Shown here: in pieces, positions 1 through 10,323 of the stretch
Position numbering within the stretch: position 1 is the first letter of the stretch
How the letters are laid out: every line of letters starts with the position of its first letter
Assembly: GCA_963662435.1 (NCBI GenBank)
Contig: OY759598.1
Location: 372,001-436,000 of the forward strand
DNA from: Dehalococcoidia bacterium
Lineage (GTDB): Bacteria > Chloroflexota > Dehalococcoidia > Lucifugimonadales > VXLM01
Direction of reading: 5' to 3'
Length of the DNA: 64,000 bases
Program-made: the position numbers and the translations under genes
Notes under the pieces: model-generated
The model's input: the letters and a program-made list of their open reading frames with translations, nothing else
Told to the model about the DNA's origin: nothing
The model's database searches: none

Positions 1-193
1 GAAGAATCCTAGTACGTATTGCATCAGCCACATGGTGGAACGCTGATTTGAAATCAGAGGGAGTCCGCTCGCAGCTTCATATGGCGATACGCTTCCGGGA
101 GAGAGACTAACCCCCCGTCCATACTTCGAGTTCGACGCTAGGGACAATTCCCTGAAGTAGCAATGCGACCGGAAACACCACTGCGCCATCGCT

Positions 194-841
194 TTACTCT
201 TGCAGCTCGGCAGATACGATCTTCCACTCTCCGCCAACCTGTTTGAAGAGCATGTGGAGGCTGTCTGCGGAAAGAGGGTTCTTCACGAGCCAATACATTT
301 CCCTTGTATCTTCGTCGACTACCTGGGGTGCGCTTTCCTCGGTAACCGTCAATTTCACCTCAAATGTCTTCATCAATTCTACATTGCCGCGAAGCGTTTC
401 TTCCTGCTCCTGGCGGTAGCTCTCTTCAAGGTATCCCAGTGCCTTGTCGAGTTCGTAATCATTTAACGCCTTCCAATAAGCAGCGCCCAGTTTCCTGAGA
501 TCGTCCGCCTCTGGCGCTTCATCAGAGGATTCGGACTCTGAGGAAGTGGAAGTCTCTTCTTCCTCCGTCTCACTCTCCGGCGTGGCAGTCGGTTCTGCCT
601 CTTCCGGCTCGGGTGTGGGGCTGGGTACGGGAGTAGCGGTAGGTTCAGGAGTGGAAGTGGGAATTGGAGTAGGAATAGCGGTAGGCGAAGGTGTCGGCGT
701 ATCGGCGGGCTGTTCACTCTGCGGCTCACTCGCAGGACCTGGATCCCCCGACTCGTCTGATGAACCGCCACAGGAAGCGCCGACGGCCAATAGTAGCGTC
801 ATAGCCGCAGGGATTACCCAAGGTTTCACAGTCATTTCCAC
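194..841 (-). CDS. Lipoprotein with Pro/Thr/Glu-rich linker and NTF2-like C-terminal domain
   Basis: Signal peptide ending GASC, PTPTP linker, C-terminal 'FKQVGGEWKI' motif. Confidence 0.75.
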   Translation of the reverse strand: MEMTVKPWVIPAAMTLLLAVGASCGGSSDESGDPGPASEPQSEQPADTPTPSPTAIPTPIPTSTPEPTATPVPSPTPEPEEAEPTATPESETEEEETSTSSESESSDEAPEADDLRKLGAAYWKALNDYELDKALGYLEESYRQEQEETLRGNVELMKTFEVKLTVTEESAPQVVDEDTREMYWLVKNPLSADSLHMLFKQVGGEWKIVSAELQE

Positions 842-1025
842 TGTCCTCCCGAAAGCTCTCTCGTCGCTTCGGTCACCTACGCTGAATAATGATTCTTGGC
901 TATAAGGAGCATAAGTGGGAGTGCTATCCCTGTCAACTCACCCCTTGTTTTTCCCATCAGAGCAAGTCCGAATTCTCCTCTGTGGTACCATCACAAAGCC
1001 GGGTTCGACCTGGAGCGGAGGGAGA

Positions 1026-1367
1026 ATGGCGAGGCCCGTCGCAGTAGTGCTGGGGTTTCTTGCAGTCTTGCTGATCACGGCGGACTGCGGGGGTGACGTT
1101 GAAGATAGCGGCGGAGCCCCTCCTCTCGAAGTCAGAGGTCTCGTAACCGATGTCAAGGCCAGGTCCCTTCTTGAACTGGAACTATTGCGGGTGACCGACG
1201 AGCAAAATACCGAGTGGGAATTCCGACAGGGTCGGGATAGCATGACAGGAGCAGGCCACGACTACACTCCATCCCACCTCCGACAGCACATGGTGCAGGG
1301 CGTGCCCATCATCGTCACGTATAGCGAAATCGACGGCGTCCTGACGATTGTCAGCATCAGCGAATAG
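1026..1367 (+). CDS. Hypothetical exported/lipoprotein (OB-fold-like)
   Basis: ATG at 1026 after GGAGGGAG; hydrophobic N-terminus ending TADCGG. Confidence 0.6.
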   Translation: MARPVAVVLGFLAVLLITADCGGDVEDSGGAPPLEVRGLVTDVKARSLLELELLRVTDEQNTEWEFRQGRDSMTGAGHDYTPSHLRQHMVQGVPIIVTYSEIDGVLTIVSISE

Positions 1368-1377
1368 AGAATGGTAA

Positions 1378-2130
1378 ATGGACCAATCCCAGAACCGTAC
1401 CGAATTCCTGGATAATGTGCGTAGGGCCCTGGGCCGTACCGGCCCGCCCTCTGAGATCGACGTGCCCGACGCGACAGCGCTGTCCGACGACCATGGCGAG
1501 GTCCGAATGCGGCTGGACACCATCCAAGACGACATGACCTCTCGAACCGAGCAACTTGTGGAAGAACTGGTCGTCTCGGCTGAAGCGGCCGGATGGGTCG
1601 TCCACCGGGCCGCTTCAGCCGAAGCTGCCGCCTATGTCCGCCAGGTCGCTGAGACACTCGAATCGAGGAGCGTGCTCCGTTCAGACCATGCCATCCTCGA
1701 TGACATAGGTCTTGAGAAGTCGTTTCAGGGATCTCCTATTGAGCTCCAGAGAATCGCCTACGAGGAGTCCGGCAAGAGCCGTGTCACGCAGCGGGGGAAG
1801 TTCAGGCAGGACATGATCGTCGCGGATATCGGGGTCACCGGCGTAAACCATGCGATTGCCGAGACGGGGAGTGTGTCCATCTCTGCCGGCAAGGGAGTGA
1901 GCCGCCTCATATCGCTGCTCCCACCGGTGCACATAGCCGTGGTAAGTCCCGACCAGATAGTGCCCAGCCTGGACGAGTTATTTTCCTTCCGGCGCAACGA
2001 GTTCCTTGAGCGAGGGTCTCTTGACTACGCCAATATCATCTCCGGCCCCAGTAGATCGGCGGACATCGAGCAGACGCTGATTAAAGGTATGCACGGACCG
2101 CGAGAGGTCCACATGGTCATCGTCGGCTAG
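1378..2130 (+). CDS. lutC: Lactate utilization protein C (LutC/YkgG, LUD domain)
   Basis: AIAETGS, SLLPPVHIAV and ISGPSRSADIEQTLIKGMHGP motifs. Confidence 0.9.
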   Translation: MDQSQNRTEFLDNVRRALGRTGPPSEIDVPDATALSDDHGEVRMRLDTIQDDMTSRTEQLVEELVVSAEAAGWVVHRAASAEAAAYVRQVAETLESRSVLRSDHAILDDIGLEKSFQGSPIELQRIAYEESGKSRVTQRGKFRQDMIVADIGVTGVNHAIAETGSVSISAGKGVSRLISLLPPVHIAVVSPDQIVPSLDELFSFRRNEFLERGSLDYANIISGPSRSADIEQTLIKGMHGPREVHMVIVG

Positions 2131-3281
2131 CTGGTCGGTCCGAAGACCTTGCTTCCGACTTTCATGAACCGCATCGCCTCGGCCACGGCGTCGGCAATGA
2201 GTTCACCTGCCCGAGTCGACGCCTCATCCAGTGACATTGGCGCGCAAACGATGGACGCCACGGCTTCGATGCCCTCCGGGTGTACATCCTCGAAACCCTG
2301 ACCCAGAGAACCTGAAATGGCAATGACCGGGATGCCTCGTTCCTTCGCTTGCCACGCCACGCCGATCGGGGCCTTGTGGTAGAGGGTCTGAAAATCTAGC
2401 TGTCCTTCACCGGTGATAACCAGGTCAGCCCCCTCCAGTTGTTCGTTCAGGCCGACCTGGTCGAGCACTATGTCTACTCCCGCCCGCAGAGAGCCATCCA
2501 GGAATGCCATCATGCCGCCACCAAGTCCACCCGCCGCGCCGGAGCCCGGGACATCGTTGATACTCCTTCCAATGTCACGTTCGACAACCTTGGCGAAATT
2601 CCCAAGCGCGTCGTCAAGCTGCTCCACGAGGTCAGGGGTCGCTCCCTTCTGCGGTCCGTAGACCGCCGACGCTCCTTCCGGCCCCGTGAGTGGATTCGAG
2701 ACGTCGCAGGCGACCGAGAACTGTGAGGCGACGGTCCTTGAATCCAGTCCCGACATGTCGATCTTTCGGAGATCGGCGAGTGCTGCACCGCCGGGGGGCA
2801 AGTCGTTTCCCGACTCGTCCAGCAGTCGGACTCCCAGGGCCTGCGCCATCCCCGCGCCGCCGTCATTCGTCGCGCTGCCGCCGATTCCGACGATGAAGCT
2901 GCGAAACCCGGCATCAAGAGCCTCCCGAATGATCTCTCCCAGGCCGTAAGTGGTAGTCCTCAGAGGATCGCGCTCGTCAAGCGAAAGCAGCGCAAGGCCT
3001 GATGTCCGGGCCATCTCGATCATGGCGGACTCACCGTCGCCGAGCGCCCCCCACTCCGCCTCGACCGGCTCACCTGTCGGGCCGGTCACCTTTGCCGAAC
3101 GAATGTCGCCCTCCGTCGCATCGACCAGGGTCTCCAATGTCCCGTCGCCCCCGTCCGCCACGGGGACCAAAACTGTCTCAGCGTCGTTGATGACTCTCTT
3201 AACGCCCTGCTCCATGGCCCTGGCAGCGTCAAGCGCGGAGATGCTCCCCTTAAAGCTCTGAGGTGCGATGACGACCTTCAT
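2127..3281 (-). CDS. glxK: Glycerate kinase
   Basis: MKVVIAPQSFKGS, PVADGGDG, GIGGSATNDGG, YGPQKGA, GAAGGLG; start reset from ORF-track 3734 to 3281. Confidence 0.93.
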   Translation of the reverse strand: MKVVIAPQSFKGSISALDAARAMEQGVKRVINDAETVLVPVADGGDGTLETLVDATEGDIRSAKVTGPTGEPVEAEWGALGDGESAMIEMARTSGLALLSLDERDPLRTTTYGLGEIIREALDAGFRSFIVGIGGSATNDGGAGMAQALGVRLLDESGNDLPPGGAALADLRKIDMSGLDSRTVASQFSVACDVSNPLTGPEGASAVYGPQKGATPDLVEQLDDALGNFAKVVERDIGRSINDVPGSGAAGGLGGGMMAFLDGSLRAGVDIVLDQVGLNEQLEGADLVITGEGQLDFQTLYHKAPIGVAWQAKERGIPVIAISGSLGQGFEDVHPEGIEAVASIVCAPMSLDEASTRAGELIADAVAEAMRFMKVGSKVFGPTS

Positions 3282-3436
3282 TTGGTTTCTATCCTTGCCG
3301 GAAAAGTGTCCGCATACTATATCAGTGCAACCGGGGATTGCGTAGCAAGAGAAGACCTGGCCTCGCGTGGAACAGAGGGAGAGAATGGAGTCGCTGCGGA
3401 ATGGGAAAACCCCCTCACGTGAAGTGCAAAGAACGG

Positions 3437-3466
3437 TTGACTGGCCTCTCTTTCGATGCGTATACT
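3437..3466 (+). promoter_or_regulatory. Sigma70-type promoter for the 5S rRNA
   Basis: TTGACT-18bp-TATACT, about 18 nt upstream of the 5S. Confidence 0.7.
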
Positions 3467-3483
3467 GAATGGTGATTCGGCCT

Positions 3484-3599
3484 TCTGGTGGTTCTAGCGA
3501 AGCGGACCCACCCGTTCCCATCCCGAACACGGAAGTGAAACGCTTCAGCGCTGACGATACTGCACTGGTGACGGTGTGGGAAAATAGGTCACTGCCGGG
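3484..3599 (+). rRNA. rrf: 5S ribosomal RNA (not adjacent to a 23S gene)
   Basis: CACCCGTTCCCATCCCGAACACGGAAGTGAAAC...GCTGACGATACT...GGGAAAATAGGTCACTGCC; 5' and 3' ends are complementary. Confidence 0.95.
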
Positions 3600-3727
3600 G
3601 GGCCTTTTTCTATTCTCGCCGGTTTCCCGCTCCCATCCGTGATTCGCCCTATTTTCCCGTCCAAAACTGCCCTGTCGCGAGTCTTTCCCATGTCTGGGAA
3701 CGTGGCAAAACCCTGCCATATGGGTGG

Positions 3728-3756
3728 TTTGCATCGATTTTCCCCTGTGCTACAAT
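3728..3756 (+). promoter_or_regulatory. Putative sigma70 promoter of rpsA-clpC-larC
   Basis: TTTGCA-17bp-TACAAT with TG upstream of the -10. Confidence 0.55.
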
Positions 3757-3925
3757 GAATTTAGCGTTCGGAGAAAGGAGTCCTGGTTACTTAGAGTCCC
3801 AGGGGAAGATGCCCGCCCTCCGCGTTACGACGCTATTGCTCTCCCCCTGGCCTAGTCTTAACGACAATATCTGACTTTTTGAACCTCCGAAACATTCGGC
3901 AAGTTACCAGGAATCGAAGTGCAAC

Positions 3926-5089
3926 GTGACCTCGCAACACGAGGAAGATAGCAGTATTCAGGATATGGGAGAGCTCCTCGACTCTGTCGAGGACATGAAG
4001 CCGCTCCGGCGAGGAGACGTCGTCGAGGGCATTGTCATGCGCGCTGACCCCGGCGCGGAAGGTATTCTTCTCAACGTTGGGCATAAGGCCGAGGGGCATG
4101 TCCCCTCCCACGAAATGAAGTCCATGTCTCCGGAGGACGTTGCCCAGCTAAACGTGGGCGACACGATTCTTGCTATGGTCATCAGGGGCGAGAGCGACGA
4201 AGGCTCCGCCATTCTTTCCGTCGACCGCGCTGCCGGCGAGGTCGGATGGAAGACCCTACAGGACGCTATGGACTCCGACGAGCGAGTATCGGGCACGATA
4301 ATCGGATTCAATCGGGGTGGAGCGATAGTGATGACCGAGAGCGTGCAGGGGTTTGTGCCAATGTCGCAGCTCGCGACCGTCTCCCGTGAGAGAGCCCGAA
4401 CCGCCGCTCAGGGTGGAACCGAAGAAGCCGCTCAGGGAGAAGAGGCCCCCCAGGAAGAGTCCACGGACATCGGCCGCACCATCGACCTGAAAGTGCTGGA
4501 GTTGAACCGAGGGCGGAATCGCGCGATCCTGTCCGAACGCCAGGCGATGCAGGAAGTTCGTGAGGAACGCAAGGCGAAGCTCATAGACGAACTGACAGAG
4601 GGCGAGGTCCGGCAGGGTAGGGTCACCGGAATCAGCACGTTCGGCGCCTTCGTCGATCTCGGTGGCGCAGACGGTCTCATTCACATCTCAGAACTTTCTT
4701 GGAGCAACGTCAATTCGCCCGGTGACATTGTGAGCGTCGGCCATGAGGTCGATGTCATGGTGCTCCGCGTCGATTCGGAGCAGAAGAAAATCGCTCTGAG
4801 TCTCAAGAGGCTCCAGCCGGAACCGTGGGAGACGATTGAAGAGCGATACGAGGTCGGAGGCGTCGTGGACGGCGTGGTGACGAAGCTCACCGATTTTGGG
4901 GCGTTCGCCAGAGTGGAGGACGCCGTTGAGGGTCTAATTCATATATCGGAGTTGACCACGCGAATAATCAGTCATCCTCGTGAGGTTGTACGAGAGGGTG
5001 ACGCGGTCCGCCTGAAGGTATTGCGGATCGAACCGGAACGGCGAAGGTTGGGGCTCAGCCTCAAGCAAGCCGAACCGGAAGAGTTCTAA
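3926..5089 (+). CDS. rpsA: 30S ribosomal protein S1 (four S1 domains)
   Basis: Repeated FGAFV...GLIHISEL S1 motifs; LSLKRLQPEPW. Confidence 0.9.
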   Translation: MTSQHEEDSSIQDMGELLDSVEDMKPLRRGDVVEGIVMRADPGAEGILLNVGHKAEGHVPSHEMKSMSPEDVAQLNVGDTILAMVIRGESDEGSAILSVDRAAGEVGWKTLQDAMDSDERVSGTIIGFNRGGAIVMTESVQGFVPMSQLATVSRERARTAAQGGTEEAAQGEEAPQEESTDIGRTIDLKVLELNRGRNRAILSERQAMQEVREERKAKLIDELTEGEVRQGRVTGISTFGAFVDLGGADGLIHISELSWSNVNSPGDIVSVGHEVDVMVLRVDSEQKKIALSLKRLQPEPWETIEERYEVGGVVDGVVTKLTDFGAFARVEDAVEGLIHISELTTRIISHPREVVREGDAVRLKVLRIEPERRRLGLSLKQAEPEEF

Positions 5090-5151
5090 CGGCAGTATAG
5101 ACGTGCCGTCCCGGCGTCCGCGAAGCCGGATAACGGCAGGGAGAACTAAAT

Positions 5152-7629
5152 ATGACAAGCCGGTTCGAAAAATTCTCCGAGAGAGCGCGAAAGGTCCTTT
5201 CTCTGGCACAGGAAGAGGCCCAGCGTTTCAACCACAACTATATCTCGACGGAGCACATCCTTCTCGGACTCGTGCGAGAGTCCGAAGGTGTCGCCGCGAA
5301 GGTATTGTCCAATCTCGGTGTCGAACTGGCTAAAGTGCGTTCTTCCGTCGAATTTATCATTGGTCGTGGTGAGCGTCCCGCTACCGGCGAGATCGGTCTT
5401 ACGCCGAGGGCAAAGAAGGTCATCGAGCTCGCGGTCGACGAGGCGCGACGCCTCAATCACCACTACATAGGCACGGAGCACCTGCTCATCGGCCTCATGC
5501 GTGAGGGCGACGGCGTCGCGGCCAGCGTTCTCGAAACGCTCGGCATCACCCTCGACAAGGTGCGGGCTGAGACGACGAGAATTCTGAGCCAGACCGTCCA
5601 GCACTCGCAGGCCGGCACCGGCGGGCGCTCCACGTCGCGTACTCCCACCCTCGATCAGCTCGGTATCGACCTGACCGCCGCGGCACGCTCGGGCAAGCTC
5701 GATCCCACCGTCGGCAGAGATAAGGAAATCCAGCGCGTCACGCAGATACTCAGCAGGCGCACGAAGAACAACCCCGTATTGGTCGGTGAGCCCGGCGTCG
5801 GCAAGACCGCAATCGTCGAGGCCCTCGCCCAGCAGATCGCGGGCAACGATGTCCCCTCAACCCTGCAGGGCAAGCGCTTGGTGACCCTGGACATGGGCGC
5901 ACTCGTCGCCGGGACCAAGTACCGTGGCGAGTTCGAGGAACGACTCAAGAAGGTCGTAGACGAGATCAAGGCCTCCGAGAACTGCGTCCTCTTCATCGAT
6001 GAGATCCACACGATGGTGGGGGCGGGCGCAGCCGAGGGAGCGGTCGACGCCGCCAACATCCTCAAGCCCTCACTGGCCCGTGGTGAGCTTCAGTGCGTTG
6101 GCGCCACCACCCTCGACGACTACCGGAAGTACGTCGAGCGCGACCCCGCGCTTGAGAGGCGATTCCAGCCCATAACCGTAGAGGAACCCGCGGTCGACGA
6201 GACTATTGAGATCCTCCGTGGCGTCAAGGGCCGCTACGAAGAGCACCACCAGCTGGACATCAGCGACGATGCTCTCATCTCGGCCTCGACCCTCGCCGCG
6301 CGGTTCATACCCGACAGGTTCATGCCCGACAAGGCCATCGACCTGATCGACGAAGCCGCCTCGCGGGTCCGCATCAACTTCACGACGGCCCCGTTCTCGG
6401 TCAGCCAGGTCTCCAAGATGCTGGAGAACGTCCGCAAGGAAAAAGACGAGGCCATTTCGGGCCGCCAGTACGAGTACGCCGCCGAACTTCGCGACCGCGA
6501 GGCCAAGCTCGCCAAGAAACTCTCCACGCTCGAAAAGGAGTGGCAGGACGAGCGCGGCGACGAGATGCCCGTCGTCACCTCCGACGACATCGAGGACGTC
6601 GTCAGCATGTGGACCGGGATTCCCGTGACACGCCTTTCCGCAAGTGAGACCGAGCGCCTCATCCGCATGGAGGAGGAGCTCCACAAGACCGTCGTTGGGC
6701 AGGACGAGGCCATTACGATGGTGTCCAAGGCCGTCCGCCGGGCGCGAGCCGGACTCAAGAATCCGAAGCGCCCGTCCGGCATCTTCATCTTTGCAGGACC
6801 GACCGGCGTCGGCAAGACATTCCTCCCGAAGCGACTCGCCGAGTTCCTTTTCGGCAGTGAGGATTCGATAATCCGCGTCGACATGTCCGAGTTCATGGAG
6901 CGGCACGCCGTCGCCCGCCTCGTAGGTGCTCCTCCCGGATACGTCGGTTACGACGAGGGCGGCCAGCTCACCGAGGCCGTGCGCCGCAAGTCCTACTGCC
7001 TCATCCTCCTGGACGAGATCGAGAAGGCCCACCCCGAGGTCTTCAACATCCTCCTCCAGATATTTGACGACGGTCACCTGACCGACGCCAAGGGACGCAA
7101 GGTCGATTTCCGAAACGCCATCGTCGTCATGACGAGCAACATCGGCTCCGACCTGATCAGGCAGGATAGGTCCCTCGGATTCAAGGCCAAGGGCGAGGAC
7201 AACGACGAATTCATGGCGCGCTACGATCGCATGAAGACCAACGTCACCGACGAGATCAAGCGCTTCTTCCGGCCCGAGTTCCTGAACCGAATCGATGGCA
7301 CGGTCGTGTTCCACGCCCTCAGCAGGGAACAGGTGCTCAACATCGTCGACCTCGAACTCAAGAACGTCGTAAACGGCCTCCTCGAAAAGGGCATCAGCCT
7401 TGAGGTGTCGGATGAGGCCAAGGTGTGGATTTCCGACAAGGGCTACGATCCCTACATGGGCGCCCGCCCTCTGAGCCGCGTGATCCAGGACCAGATAGAG
7501 GACAAGCTCTCCGACGCCATCCTGGCGGGCCAATTCAGCCCAGGTGATACAGCCATCATAGGACTGGAAGACGGTGAGATCACGGTCGATACTCAGCGGG
7601 CCCCCGTCGAAGAGCCGACGCCCGCCTAG
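5152..7629 (+). CDS. clpC: ATP-dependent Clp protease ATPase subunit ClpC
   Basis: Two Clp-N repeats, GEPGVGKT and GPTGVGKT Walker A motifs, UVR coiled coil (YEYAAELRD), [10 protein letters not shown]. Confidence 0.96.
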   Translation: MTSRFEKFSERARKVLSLAQEEAQRFNHNYISTEHILLGLVRESEGVAAKVLSNLGVELAKVRSSVEFIIGRGERPATGEIGLTPRAKKVIELAVDEARRLNHHYIGTEHLLIGLMREGDGVAASVLETLGITLDKVRAETTRILSQTVQHSQAGTGGRSTSRTPTLDQLGIDLTAAARSGKLDPTVGRDKEIQRVTQILSRRTKNNPVLVGEPGVGKTAIVEALAQQIAGNDVPSTLQGKRLVTLDMGALVAGTKYRGEFEERLKKVVDEIKASENCVLFIDEIHTMVGAGAAEGAVDAANILKPSLARGELQCVGATTLDDYRKYVERDPALERRFQPITVEEPAVDETIEILRGVKGRYEEHHQLDISDDALISASTLAARFIPDRFMPDKAIDLIDEAASRVRINFTTAPFSVSQVSKMLENVRKEKDEAISGRQYEYAAELRDREAKLAKKLSTLEKEWQDERGDEMPVVTSDDIEDVVSMWTGIPVTRLSASETERLIRMEEELHKTVVGQDEAITMVSKAVRRARAGLKNPKRPSGIFIFAGPTGVGKTFLPKRLAEFLFGSEDSIIRVDMSEFMERHAVARLVGAPPGYVGYDEGGQLTEAVRRKSYCLILLDEIEKAHPEVFNILLQIFDDGHLTDAKGRKVDFRNAIVVMTSNIGSDLIRQDRSLGFKAKGEDNDEFMARYDRMKTNVTDEIKRFFRPEFLNRIDGTVVFHALSREQVLNIVDLELKNVVNGLLEKGISLEVSDEAKVWISDKGYDPYMGARPLSRVIQDQIEDKLSDAILAGQFSPGDTAIIGLEDGEITVDTQRAPVEEPTPA

Positions 7630-7718
7630 CACGTCTCCTATGCTCGCTGAACGAGTGCGGTTGCATGAACCGTCACGCAGACCGCTTTCCCGTTAGTATT
7701 TGGGTATCGGACGTTCCC

Positions 7719-8906
7719 GTGAAGAGTGCTTACCTCCAATGCGTCGGCGGCGTCAGCGGCGATATGTTGCTCGGAGCGATCATTGACGCCGGGGCGCCGG
7801 TTGACGACCTCAACGCAGCCATCGCCGGTCTCGGTGTGAGCGGTGTCCGGATCGTCGGACGTCCCGACAAGCGAGGCGGCGTTCACGGTACCCATGCCAC
7901 AGTCGAAATTGATGCGGCATCCGAACGTTCCTGCACCCTGGAAGACTTCCTTCGAATCACCGAGTCGTCCTCCCTGTCGTCCTCCGTCAAGGAGAGGTCG
8001 TGCGCCGTCTTCGACCGGATCCGCCAGGCTGAGGAGCAGGTACACCGCCAGACCGGCGGCGCCCTTCACCTCGGCGAACTGGGAAGCCTTGACACCCTCG
8101 TCGATGTAGTCTGCACCGTGGCCGGACTGGACGCCCTCGAGATTGGCCGCCTCTACTCGTCCCCGCTGCCTTCGGGCTCCGGCATAATCACGACCTCTCA
8201 TGGAAGGCTGCCGGTCCCGGCGCCCGCGACATCCGCCCTCCTCGGTTTCGCCAACGCCCCTGTAGATCCGCCACCGAACAACTCTCCAAACGCGGGCGAA
8301 ATGGTCACCCCGACCGGCGCAGCCATCGTGGCCACGCTGGCCACCTTCGGCCAACCCACCCTCAGGATGGAATCGACCGGCTACGGACTCGGCACCCGCG
8401 ACCCGGAAGCCTACCCAAACGTCCTCGTGCTCCGTATTGGACAAGAGAACGAGGGGCCTTCCACGGCAACCCTGAGCCTCCTTGAAACAAACATCGACGA
8501 CTCCACCCCCGAGGTCCTCGCGTACACACAAGAGCGGCTCTTCGAGATCGGCGCGCGCGATGTCTGGTTCACCTCCATCCAGATGAAGAAGAACAGACCG
8601 GCAACCATGCTGAGCGCTCTCGTTTCGCCCGACCTCGAGGAGGAGGCCGTCCTCCTCATCCTACGGGAAACTTCCACCCTGGGCGTCCGTGTGCGCCCGG
8701 TCTCACGCTACGAGGCAGACCGCGAGATCGTCACCGTCAGCACCGGCCTCGGGAAGGTGGCAGTCAAGGTGCAGCTCCTCGACGGCAAGAGCGTCTCCGT
8801 CGCACCCGAATACGATGACTGCCGCCGAATCGCCATAGACCGGGACATCCCCTTGCAGGACGTCCTCCGCATCGTCCGCCAGGAGGCCGAGGAGACCCTT
8901 CTCTAG
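7719..8906 (+). CDS. larC: Nickel pincer cofactor biosynthesis protein LarC
   Basis: GVSGDMLLGA, HGRLPVPAPAT, EMVTPTGAA, LETNIDD, MKKNRP, PEYDDC; GTG start at 7719. Confidence 0.92.
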   Translation: MKSAYLQCVGGVSGDMLLGAIIDAGAPVDDLNAAIAGLGVSGVRIVGRPDKRGGVHGTHATVEIDAASERSCTLEDFLRITESSSLSSSVKERSCAVFDRIRQAEEQVHRQTGGALHLGELGSLDTLVDVVCTVAGLDALEIGRLYSSPLPSGSGIITTSHGRLPVPAPATSALLGFANAPVDPPPNNSPNAGEMVTPTGAAIVATLATFGQPTLRMESTGYGLGTRDPEAYPNVLVLRIGQENEGPSTATLSLLETNIDDSTPEVLAYTQERLFEIGARDVWFTSIQMKKNRPATMLSALVSPDLEEEAVLLILRETSTLGVRVRPVSRYEADREIVTVSTGLGKVAVKVQLLDGKSVSVAPEYDDCRRIAIDRDIPLQDVLRIVRQEAEETLL

Positions 8907-8933
8907 CCCGGATGCCTCGGACACTGCCAATCC

Positions 8934-8963
8934 TTGACACTTCCTTCGATGCTCGGCTACGCT
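8934..8963 (+). promoter_or_regulatory. Putative tRNA promoter
   Basis: TTGACA-18bp-TACGCT. Confidence 0.5.
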
Positions 8964-8979
8964 GGGGTAGCTTCCTCCG

Positions 8980-9054
8980 GGGCCTGTAGCTCAGTGGTAG
9001 AGCGCTCGGCTCATAACCGAATGGTCGCAGGTTCGAACCCTGCCGGGCCCACCA
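8980..9054 (+). tRNA. tRNA with CAT anticodon, probably tRNA-Ile2 (lysidine type)
   Basis: Cloverleaf GGGCCTG/CGGGCCC, CTCATAA loop, GTTCGAA T-loop, encoded CCA; G1-C72 excludes the initiator; C4-G69 and C5-G68 favour Ile2. Confidence 0.92.
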
Positions 9055-9105
9055 GCACTTTCGCATAGATACAGGACCCATAGGTTCGATTTGTGGTGAT
9101 TCAGT

Positions 9106-9798
9106 TTGAAAGACGAGATCCTGAGCTATTTGGAAATGTGTGGACGCGAACGTATGTCGCTCCAGCGCGGCATGAACTTCAGGAGTCCGCCCGCTCACGG
9201 CATTATCCTAATGTCCAGGAGACCGAACGCTCCTTACGAGGACGAAATGAGCACTGATGAGACGGTGCTCGTCTATGAAGGGCACGACGTGAGCAGGACA
9301 AAGGATACTCCAGATCCGAAGGCTCATGATCAACCACGCCACAACGCCAATGGCAGGCCCACCGAGAACGGCAAGTTTGCTGATTCCGTAGACAACCTGA
9401 ACCAGCGAAACGCTGCACCTGCAATCTTCCGTGTCTACGAGAAAATGCTGCCTGGAATCTGGACGGATCGAGGGATCTATCTCTTGAGAGATTACGGGTA
9501 CCCCATAAGCGGGATGCGACGAGTCTTCAAGTTCAGACTGGAACAATCAAGTCTTGACTCCGCGGCTCCCGATGAAGTGGCTGTCATCGACCGTGAGGTT
9601 AGTCGCCAGATTCCTTCTTCGATAAAGCAACAGGTCTACAAGCGGGACAGGGGCCGGTGTGTAATGTGTGGTGCAACTGACCAGCTTCACTTCGACCATG
9701 ACTTCCCGTTTTCCAAGGGTGGAACAAGCATATTGATGGAAAACGTCCGAATCTTGTGTGCAAGACACAACCTAGCCAAATCCGCGAACATAGAGTAG
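9106..9798 (+). CDS. HNH endonuclease with SRA-like N-terminal domain (putative modification-dependent restriction enzyme)
   Basis: C-terminal RD-x2-CxxC...HFDH..P.SKGG...N...LC..HN; N-terminal PYED...VYEG...DQ...N...FRV...VFKFRL. Confidence 0.75.
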   Translation: MKDEILSYLEMCGRERMSLQRGMNFRSPPAHGIILMSRRPNAPYEDEMSTDETVLVYEGHDVSRTKDTPDPKAHDQPRHNANGRPTENGKFADSVDNLNQRNAAPAIFRVYEKMLPGIWTDRGIYLLRDYGYPISGMRRVFKFRLEQSSLDSAAPDEVAVIDREVSRQIPSSIKQQVYKRDRGRCVMCGATDQLHFDHDFPFSKGGTSILMENVRILCARHNLAKSANIE

Positions 9799-10323
9799 GT
9801 CTTTCTTACGCCTTTGAACTGACAGCGGAAGCTGTCGGGTCGTGTGACGAATCTTATGGTTGGGGAAACGAGCCACCGCTCGTCACCAACCGTAGACTCG
9901 TGGGGGCCGGTCGAGAGTAGGTAGGCCGAATGCCTATGGCCGAGTGCACGGGAGTCTTACTCTATCTCTCCAGCTTGACCTCCCAGCAAAGAGTTCGTAA
10001 TTCAGACTTACATGTCCCCGGCACCCTCAGTGGTTTCGGGCGGCATGTGAATGTAGGTGAAGAAATCCAGTCCCCCGGCAGTATACGCACTGTTGGTGCT
10101 CCACCTCAGTGAATCCCGATGGCATGAATTCCTCAGCCTGTCCGGCGCCGCCCAGCACCTCTCGCAGCACGATATCGAGGACGTCGTCAGGCTGGCCCTT
10201 CGATACACCCCGACGAAGCGTCGGGGCACTCAGGGCGAACGGCCTTCCAATCCCCACATAATCCGTTTATCTCGAGTAGTGCCGTTCCTCATCGGCACGT
10301 ATCGAGGGGCGTGCGGATTCCAA

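Noticed and set aside
3282..3734. 150-aa N-terminal extension of the glycerate kinase ORF
   Set aside because: It is antisense read-through of the 5S rRNA; family homology begins at MKVVIAP.
6070..7632. Long antisense ORFs (also 7638-8531, 15040-16020, 19140-20633, 51989-52876)
   Set aside because: Shadows of real genes caused by high-GC codon bias.
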